Below are positions 57,310 to 64,000 of a stretch of DNA of 64,000 nucleotides, piece by piece. The position numbers were made by a program, and so were the translations under genes. The stretch spans positions 62,001 through 126,000 of the forward strand of contig JAAOYA010000010.1 in NCBI GenBank assembly GCA_018221105.1. The letters run 5' to 3'. The stretch comes from Candidatus Woesearchaeota archaeon (GTDB taxonomy: Archaea; Nanobdellota; Nanobdellia; Woesearchaeales; JAAOYA01). The stretch's first letter is position 1; each line of letters begins with the position of its first letter. Under the pieces are notes generated by a model that worked only from the letters and a program-made list of their open reading frames with translations, was not told the origin of the DNA and did no database searches.

Positions 57310-57495
57310 TCCCGTTTAACCCCGCCTAAAAGACCCGAAAAGACCATCTGGAACTTTCGAAATAAGGGGTCAGGAGTAAAACGAGGCAAGCGTATAACGA
57401 GAATTGACCAGAACTTCCTACGTCCTGCGCAGAAGGTTGAGGAGCGTCAGCGACGAAAGACAGAGCGAAGCGAGGGCATGTAGAGTATGCCTTTC
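57310..57495. other. GC-richer origin-like tract with GAGCG..AGCGA motifs
   Basis: GAGCGTCAGCGAC (57442-57454), GAGCGAAGCGAG (57463-57474), flanking small hairpins. Confidence 0.45.
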
Positions 57496-57514
57496 AAGAA
57501 AATTTTAAAAAGTG

Positions 57515-57892
57515 TCAAATAGAAAATAGTTTAACTACTACAACGGATAATTGAATTACAAATCCTAATAAAATTAGAAATAAGCCTTGTGAATTTTGAA
57601 GATTAAGAAGGTGGCTCAATCTTCTTTTAGAAAGGTCTTGTGTTTTTATCCTGCCCACTTTTTCTCCTCGTTTTAAACCATTTAGTTGTCTTCTTATTTT
57701 TTGTTTTGCTAATTCAAAATATCGCATTGTCTTTTTATCTTGTGCTAAAAGCCAAACCCCTAAAATATCAATTGACAACCCGATTGCTAATGTTAACAAT
57801 AATAGTTTTTCAGTGTTGTAAATTTTAAGAACTACACTTAACAAAAAGAATACTAAAAGTAGAACTATATTACTTTTTTTCATAAACCTCAT
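57515..57892 (-). CDS. small membrane protein
   Basis: 3 hydrophobic segments, DILGVWLL and GLFLILLGFVIQL. Confidence 0.6.
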   Translation of the reverse strand: MRFMKKSNIVLLLVFFLLSVVLKIYNTEKLLLLTLAIGLSIDILGVWLLAQDKKTMRYFELAKQKIRRQLNGLKRGEKVGRIKTQDLSKRRLSHLLNLQNSQGLFLILLGFVIQLSVVVVKLFSI

Positions 57893-57919
57893 CTAGTTGT
57901 TCTTAATTTAAATATTTTT

Positions 57920-58855
57920 TTAATCATATAACAATTTATGAATATCTTTTAATTTTCTTCGATTTTCATAAATAAAATTTTTAAGTTCTTTGACTTTTAC
58001 TATCTCAATAAGAGCGTCTTTACTTGTTGTATATAAATCACCAATAAATTTAAAACAATTTTCAAGAGAATGATAATAAATATCACGGGCTTTTTCTCCG
58101 CTATAAATATGATCAACTTTAAAGAAAGTTTTATTTATGTTATAATCATATACTTTGTATATATGTTTCAAACGAATCAAATCTCTTCTTAAATCACTAT
58201 ATTCAAGTTTTTTAAAACTATTGAATTTTATAAAAAGTGTATTTAAGGTGTCTACTTCAATCGGAAAGGTATGTATAGTTCCAACAAAATAATCGTGAAA
58301 ATCATTATTTTTTCTCTTCAAAGAAATTCTTAGTTTTTTCCAATTTTCAATAAATTCTTTATAAATTTTGTAATCAAAAGGTTGTTCGGTAATTCGTTTT
58401 TTGTAGTCATTAAAAAAATCTAACATAACTTTTTTTTCTTTATTTGAGAGACTTTTATCATCATTAACCCTCTTTATACTCTCTTCAATATTGGTCGGTG
58501 TTCTACTTCTAAAAGAATTTGCAACAGTTCCTAAATTATATTCTAAATCAAATATAAAATTTTTAAATAATTCCAATTGTTGATTGAATTTTTCTTTTTC
58601 AAATCTAAACTGCTCTAGTAAAAAAATGGTATAGACTATTAAAATTGTAAAAACAGAAGTGAAAACTCCAGCGTAAAAGTTATTTACTTGGTTTTCTAAA
58701 GCTAAATTATAAAAGTGAAATGTAATTATTATTAAAATCAAATAAATCATTATATTGAAATAATTTCTATAAAACCATTTTTCAACATTACAAAAATGCT
58801 TACTAATTATACACTCCATATTACGTACTATAAAAAATAACGTATATATAAACAA
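57920..58855 (-). CDS. hypothetical protein with two N-terminal TM helices; start uncertain
   Basis: Long AT-rich ORF, 2 TM then helical domain. Confidence 0.6.
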   Translation of the reverse strand: MFIYTLFFIVRNMECIISKHFCNVEKWFYRNYFNIMIYLILIIITFHFYNLALENQVNNFYAGVFTSVFTILIVYTIFLLEQFRFEKEKFNQQLELFKNFIFDLEYNLGTVANSFRSRTPTNIEESIKRVNDDKSLSNKEKKVMLDFFNDYKKRITEQPFDYKIYKEFIENWKKLRISLKRKNNDFHDYFVGTIHTFPIEVDTLNTLFIKFNSFKKLEYSDLRRDLIRLKHIYKVYDYNINKTFFKVDHIYSGEKARDIYYHSLENCFKFIGDLYTTSKDALIEIVKVKELKNFIYENRRKLKDIHKLLYD

Positions 58856-58883
58856 TGTTATTAAACAATATAAAAATAATTAT

Positions 58884-59144
58884 TCAAATTTCATACCTTA
58901 ATACTTCTTTGCCCAATTTCGTAATCATATACGCTTTGTAAGACCCTTTGCTAGGGGTCAAGCACTCTATTAATTTTTCTTTTTCTAATTGATAGACTGC
59001 TTTAGAAATATCTTGTTGTTTTCGTTTCATCTTTTTTGCTATCTCGGATTGTAGCAACGGACTTTTCTTATCAAGTGTTTTTAGAATGCCGTGACGAATT
59101 TTACTAGTAATGACCAAACCGTATAGTTCCTTAATTTGCCTCAT
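58884..59144 (-). CDS. winged-helix (ArsR/MarR-like) regulator
   Basis: R..ILK.L, QSEIAK, ISKAVYQLEKEKLIEC, YMITKLG. Confidence 0.85.
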   Translation of the reverse strand: MRQIKELYGLVITSKIRHGILKTLDKKSPLLQSEIAKKMKRKQQDISKAVYQLEKEKLIECLTPSKGSYKAYMITKLGKEVLRYEI

Positions 59145-59228
59145 ATTGTTAGGTAATATTTAAATATAAGATTAAATAATAAAACCTTAAGGTTACCGTA
59201 GACTACCATATAATGAGGGGCGGAAAAA

Positions 59229-59572
59229 TGAAACAAGTAATTATAATATTAATGTTAGTATCGTTTTTGATTTTAGCAGGCTGTTCTCAAGAAACGATTT
59301 ATGTTTGTTCAGATGGGACAGAAGTAACAGATAGTTCTGATTGTTCTATTCAAAAAGAACAACTGACTGACTCTGAAGAAATAATGGAAAAGGGAATACG
59401 AGTCGAATGTAACGGCGACGAAGATTGCCCAGGGGGTTACTGTGATATGAGAGGTAGTCCTCCAGAATGGGAATGTAAAGAAGCCAGTTTACCAAGCGAA
59501 TTTTGTGGCAATGAAATTTGTGATAAGGGTGAGACTTATGTAAGCTGTCCTAGAGATTGTACAAGACCTTAA
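59229..59572 (+). CDS. Cys-rich lipoprotein
   Basis: LAGC lipobox, YVCSDG.EV...C, CGNEICDKGE...CPRDC. Confidence 0.75.
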
Positions 59573-59618
59573 TTTAATCATAGATTGTCAACTGAAACAA
59601 AAAAAGAAAAGAATAACT

Positions 59619-60527
59619 ATGAAAGAAAAACCAACTTTGTTTAGTTTAAAGAATATATTAGTTTCTTTTCTCATAATTTTATCTGTTACATTTTGTTATT
59701 ATGTTTTTCAAAGTTCTTCTAAAATTCATTCACTATCAATTAGAATTAACAATTTAGAAACGGAAACAAATTCTTTAAATTCAGAAATAAGTGATCTGAA
59801 CTCTCAACTTAGTATAAAAGACTTTACTATACAAAATCAAAGGGCTGAAATTGAACAACAAAAACAAGAAATTCAAAAACTTGAAACAGAGTTAGGAATA
59901 ACAAAATCAGAATTAGCGGAAGCCAAACCTTATCAAGAGAGAGTTATAAGCGGTCAAAATATTATGGAATCTTACAAACTTTTAAGTGACTATACTGATT
60001 ATACGAGACCAATAATACTTGATTATCTTGAATTAGAATCTCCAGTGACTCCATCAAATGACAATTATTTATGGGAAAGGGGAAAACAAGTTTATAATTG
60101 GTTATCAGATAACTATGCTTACTGTGGAGATAAAGGTTTAAGAGTTGGCACTACCTTTTCAGAATTTCAATTTTATAGCCCTGACGAACTATTAATATCT
60201 AGTAATAATCGTTGCGGTGATTGTGATGACTTCGCTACACTATTTGCAGGTTTAATGTATGCTTCAGGAGTTCCTAAAAATAAAGTTTGGGTTGTTTGCG
60301 GAAAAGTATCAAATGGGGGACATTGTTGGAATTCACTAGTATTAGATGATAAAACGTACAGAATTGACGGAATTTGCTCACAAAAAGATGAATTATTCGG
60401 TTTTTTAGGTTTTAGTCTTGGTATTAAAAAAGCATATTATACGAATACAAAAACAAACGTTGACTGTCTCTCAGAATATACACCCCGAATGAAAATGAAC
60501 CCTGAAGGAGCTTATATGCTTAGTTGA
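59619..60527 (+). CDS. membrane-anchored transglutaminase-like protein with coiled-coil stalk
   Basis: N-terminal TM, heptads, GDCDDFA, GHCWN, ID (Cys-His-Asp triad). Confidence 0.85.
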   Translation: MKEKPTLFSLKNILVSFLIILSVTFCYYVFQSSSKIHSLSIRINNLETETNSLNSEISDLNSQLSIKDFTIQNQRAEIEQQKQEIQKLETELGITKSELAEAKPYQERVISGQNIMESYKLLSDYTDYTRPIILDYLELESPVTPSNDNYLWERGKQVYNWLSDNYAYCGDKGLRVGTTFSEFQFYSPDELLISSNNRCGDCDDFATLFAGLMYASGVPKNKVWVVCGKVSNGGHCWNSLVLDDKTYRIDGICSQKDELFGFLGFSLGIKKAYYTNTKTNVDCLSEYTPRMKMNPEGAYMLS

Positions 60528-60550
60528 AACTGTCCAATACTCAAATTTAA

Positions 60551-60775
60551 TTAATTTGATATTAAACTCTTTATTTTGTCAGGTATGGCTCTGTAACCCA
60601 TTAAATATAGACCAACTATTAAACCAATTAAATCCACATACCAATTAGGCGTGAATGTTCCTGTAAACAATCCTATCAAAAACATAATTCCTGAAACAAT
60701 GAAAATGACTGTTCCAAAAACTTCTATTAACCAATGTTGTGCTTCATTAAATAATCCCATAGTTATACCCCTCAA
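60551..60775 (-). CDS. small 2-TM protein (probable start 60760)
   Basis: Two hydrophobic helices. Confidence 0.55.
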   Translation of the reverse strand: MRGITMGLFNEAQHWLIEVFGTVIFIVSGIMFLIGLFTGTFTPNWYVDLIGLIVGLYLMGYRAIPDKIKSLISN

Positions 60776-60807
60776 CTAAGTTATTAATAGTGATAAGTTT
60801 TAATACA

Positions 60808-61662
60808 TTATAAATTTTTTCCTTTTTTTAAAACAACAAGATAATAACCTGCTAGTAACCCGTATGATACTCCAATAACGTGTGAAAATACATTGGTTTC
60901 AGGTATTAGTTCGAGAGAGTAACCACCAAGCGTGTAGTATGTTAATAACCCAAGAAATATTATTGCAATACAAGTGTTTGCCCATTTTTTAGTTTGTAAA
61001 AAACTAATCAAAATAAGCAAATACAATGGGACAAAAAACATTAATGCGAATAGACTGCCAAACTTTGACTGAAAAACAAGTGTTATTAATAACAATACAG
61101 AATAAATTATCATAAATATAGAGCCTTTTTTTCGATTGTTCATTCTTGTCAATATTAAAACAGAAATGACTGATAACCCCAAGAATGCCGCAACAATGTC
61201 AGAAGCCCCATTTTGCGTCTTTAATAGGTCACCTAAAATAAATATGTAAGTCAAAATACCGCTTAATAGAGGAACAATTAAAATAAACCCTAAAAACAAT
61301 TTTCTAAAGATTCTTTGTAGTTTCTCTTTATAAAAAACTAAATAATTAACAGTCATTAGTATAAAGTAGCTTTTTATATTTCCTAAAAAATGTCCTGCTT
61401 CATTATGATAATACGACTGTGTCAAAAAAGTCCAAAAGTATGTCTTATCAACATTTAACCAAAAATAAGCAGGATTGTCTTTGAAAAGAAGATATATTAG
61501 AACTAAAAACAAACCAAAAATTGTGTATACTAAATACCATAACCAAAAATCTTTTTGTTTAAAGATATTTGTCCAGTCTTTTAATTCTTCTTTGATCTGA
61601 TTTAATATTCCCTTATGGCTTCTCATGGTTTTTTCTATTCTCAAAATGACGAACTTTATCAT
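60808..61662 (-). CDS. rhomboid-family intramembrane serine protease
   Basis: H....HFLGN, NGAS, SHVIG..YG; multiple TM. Confidence 0.8.
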   Translation of the reverse strand: MIKFVILRIEKTMRSHKGILNQIKEELKDWTNIFKQKDFWLWYLVYTIFGLFLVLIYLLFKDNPAYFWLNVDKTYFWTFLTQSYYHNEAGHFLGNIKSYFILMTVNYLVFYKEKLQRIFRKLFLGFILIVPLLSGILTYIFILGDLLKTQNGASDIVAAFLGLSVISVLILTRMNNRKKGSIFMIIYSVLLLITLVFQSKFGSLFALMFFVPLYLLILISFLQTKKWANTCIAIIFLGLLTYYTLGGYSLELIPETNVFSHVIGVSYGLLAGYYLVVLKKGKNL

Positions 61663-61999
61663 TAATCATACGACTTATAGTCATTAACAAGTATGCTTGT
61701 AAGTTTTTGTTAATGGTTGACGGTTTTACAGAAATGCAATCAATATCTAGTTTTTTGTAGGCATTTAGTTTTGCTTTTTTCCCTTTATCATAATTATCAT
61801 CACCTTGAACGCCGAAGTATTCTATAACGATTGAATATTTAGGAAGCCAGAAGTCAGGATACCAAATGCGTAGTTTTTCGCCGTCGCCATCTTTTTGTTC
61901 TTTGATTAGCAAAGGATACTCATATTCAAAATCTATGGAGTGTTTTTTTAGAATTTCAGCGATTGCTCGCTCCCCCTTACTTTTGTAATTATTAGTCAT
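61613..61999 (-). CDS. small PD-(D/E)xK-like nuclease
   Basis: SKGERAIA, F.YE, YPDFWLP, IEYFG, K...Y. Confidence 0.75.
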   Translation of the reverse strand: MTNNYKSKGERAIAEILKKHSIDFEYEYPLLIKEQKDGDGEKLRIWYPDFWLPKYSIVIEYFGVQGDDNYDKGKKAKLNAYKKLDIDCISVKPSTINKNLQAYLLMTISRMINDKVRHFENRKNHEKP

Positions 62000-62007
62000 T
62001 TTGGTTA

Positions 62008-63153
62008 TTAAGCAACAATATTAAACCAGTCTTTATATTTTTTATAATATTCTTTAATTTCTGCGTCAAATAAATGCAAATTTCCCTTAAGATTAATTTC
62101 TAAGTCTTGTTTGAAATAATCAATAAAATTATTCATGATAAATTCGATACATTTTTCTAGATTATCAATATGACACACAATTATTGATTGACTCCAACGT
62201 CCACTTAATGTTTTAGGAAATCTCTCAGGTTCTTTTGGTTTGTGCTGATAAATAAAATAATTAACCTTTTTCAAATTTTTGATTTTAATCTCATCCTCTT
62301 TTAACCCGCCAACTTCTTTGGTTTTTTTATTATCAAAACCTGTCTCTGTCTTTTTTACTTCGTAATCAATAGTCAGTATTTCTCTGTTTGTTACAACAAT
62401 GGGTATTATTGATTGAACAATAAAATAAAGGTTGTTCAGTTCTTTACGATAATCTTTTTCGCGAATATAAGCAGTTGTAGTAAAATATTCAGTCATATTT
62501 CTTAAAAATTTATACATTGTTTCTAAATGACTGAACGCCTTATCATAATTATACTCTACTGCTGGTAAAACTTGTTCTTCACAAAAGGTAAACAGACTAT
62601 CTTCTTTTCCATCTCTTGCTTTTACTTGTTCTGGATTAATTATTTTAGTATTTTCTAGAACTGTAACTCTATCCGATACAATAATTCCTTCAGTATTAAT
62701 ATTATTTTGAAAAGCGAAAAAAGTGAGAGCGTTTGCTTGTTTTAGTAAAGGCAAAAATATTTGACCATTTATAGTTACAGGAATTGAAATTAACTCTTGT
62801 CTTGTAAGACTTTTATCAAGGGGTTGTGTAACAAAGAAATATCTATCATCTCTACTTGAATACTTACATTCTCCAATAAAAGCAGTGTTAAATGAACTAT
62901 TAAAGTTTTCTATGTCCGTTTTTACAGAAATTTCTTTAAAAGCATTTATATCAATCTCTTTAGTAATATCTTTATCATTCCTCTTTTCAGTATAATGAGT
63001 ATGATAATGACTAAAATCAAATTTTGAGAATATTAATCTTGCTTGTTCTTCTAATAAAATGCCAGAATCTATTATTCCCTTTTCAAGCTTGGTTCGAAAT
63101 TTTTTATCGTTTCTGAAATTCTCTATTAATTTATCAGCTGTAATACTTAACAC
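62008..63153 (-). CDS. restriction-endonuclease-fold (PD-(D/E)xK) protein
   Basis: SG..LE, EIDINA, GECKY, IPIVVTN. Confidence 0.65.
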   Translation of the reverse strand: MLSITADKLIENFRNDKKFRTKLEKGIIDSGILLEEQARLIFSKFDFSHYHTHYTEKRNDKDITKEIDINAFKEISVKTDIENFNSSFNTAFIGECKYSSRDDRYFFVTQPLDKSLTRQELISIPVTINGQIFLPLLKQANALTFFAFQNNINTEGIIVSDRVTVLENTKIINPEQVKARDGKEDSLFTFCEEQVLPAVEYNYDKAFSHLETMYKFLRNMTEYFTTTAYIREKDYRKELNNLYFIVQSIIPIVVTNREILTIDYEVKKTETGFDNKKTKEVGGLKEDEIKIKNLKKVNYFIYQHKPKEPERFPKTLSGRWSQSIIVCHIDNLEKCIEFIMNNFIDYFKQDLEINLKGNLHLFDAEIKEYYKKYKDWFNIVA

Positions 63154-63239
63154 CCCATTATTTTAGATTATTAGGAAATATTTAACTTTATTGCCTTTCT
63201 AGTCTATTTGAAAACTAAATTGTCCAACTTCGCATATAA

Positions 63240-64000
63240 TTAATTAATAAACCTGAACAAGTCTATATCTGAAAAATTAAATTTCTTAAACCCATTTCTA
63301 TTAAATTGTATTAGAATTTCATTAAAAAGACTTTTTAAATCTAAAACTGTTATATCTAAAGAAGAAAATTTAGAATTTAAAATATTGAAAAAATCCTTAA
63401 TGTCATTAAGTTCTTGCATATTGCTCAACATATTAATACAATAATAAATTTTTTTGACTCCTTTTTGATTCACATAATCAAGTTCTTTATAGATTTTTCT
63501 TTTTTCATTTCTTGATATTTTAGCATTTTTTATGAAAACTGCTAAAGGGTCTTTTGATAAATCATAATATACGTCAATATCAGGACAGTCTTTCTCTTTT
63601 TTATTTAGTCTATGATTTCTCATGATTTTATCATGGGATGTATCAGTGGTTTTTTCTAAAAGAGGTTTTATTTTTTTATCAACTTCTCCTTTAATTTTAA
63701 GATTTGTCATATCTAACAATAATTCATGTACTAAATATTCTGATATTTGACCACTAAAAGTTCTAGTGATTATTTGTAATTGGTAATTTGTAAGTTTTTC
63801 ATCATGTTTATATTTGAAGATTAATCTAGATTGTCTTATCTTATCTAACACTCCTGAAGCAATATTTTTTATTTTCTTTTGATTGGAATCCCTAGCCAAT
63901 TTGACTAATTCAAATTCTATTAGAATTATTTTAAGGAAGGATTTAAGCATTAGCATTTCTGATGAAAAATAATCTAACTGTGATTTGTTTATATGTTTCT
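63240..64000 (-). CDS. C-terminal part of a larger protein with a nuclease-like tail; 5' end beyond the window
   Basis: Frame stays open from 63956 to the edge; GQISEY, PDIDV, IKNAK. Confidence 0.55.
   Translation of the reverse strand, partial: KHINKSQLDYFSSEMLMLKSFLKIILIEFELVKLARDSNQKKIKNIASGVLDKIRQSRLIFKYKHDEKLTNYQLQIITRTFSGQISEYLVHELLLDMTNLKIKGEVDKKIKPLLEKTTDTSHDKIMRNHRLNKKEKDCPDIDVYYDLSKDPLAVFIKNAKISRNEKRKIYKELDYVNQKGVKKIYYCINMLSNMQELNDIKDFFNILNSKFSSLDITVLDLKSLFNEILIQFNRNGFKKFNFSDIDLFRFIN

Larger units (their letters stand above)
47185..64000. mobile_element. tRNA-Thr-integrated element (plasmid- or virus-like genomic island); right end outside the window
   Basis: Tyrosine integrase directly 3' of the tRNA; no housekeeping genes afterwards; long intergenic regions and SD-led operons unlike the host side; no second att copy seen. 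Confidence 0.85.

Noticed and set aside
47185..64000. CRISPR array or type IV CRISPR suggested by the DinG-like helicase
   Set aside because: No regularly spaced repeat-spacer array or cas-like genes were seen

Overview
AT-rich archaeal chromosome segment, most consistent with a DPANN lineage such as Woesearchaeota. This is inferred from the HMf-type histone, aIF5A, aIF6, aRF1, Rpo12, L37ae/L40e, prefoldins, TATA promoters about 22-23 nt before leaderless ATGs, and Cys-rich CxDxD surface proteins. Bases 1-47184 are tightly packed housekeeping DNA: translation, nucleotide excision repair (uvrA/uvrB), Ca-ATPase, pgk, surface proteins, a tRNA-Pro(UGG) with a T-loop intron, and tRNA-Thr(UGU). From about 47185 to the window end lies a mobile element integrated at tRNA-Thr. 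It carries a tyrosine integrase, small regulators, a secreted-protein operon and two tandem paralogous wHTH-like genes. These are followed by a structured leader, an Sm/Hfq-like ORF, and a DinG/XPD-like helicase with a degenerate Walker A. Directly after the helicase come a 214-nt hairpin and a GCGAAGC-containing origin-like tract. Cargo genes (transglutaminase-like, rhomboid, PD-(D/E)xK nuclease-like) close the window. The most interesting signal is a set of four strongly base-paired intergenic segments in an element that encodes its own Sm-like protein and helicase. One segment hides a 32-aa hydrophobic antisense ORF. All assignments were made by eye from motifs; no searches or folding programs were run.
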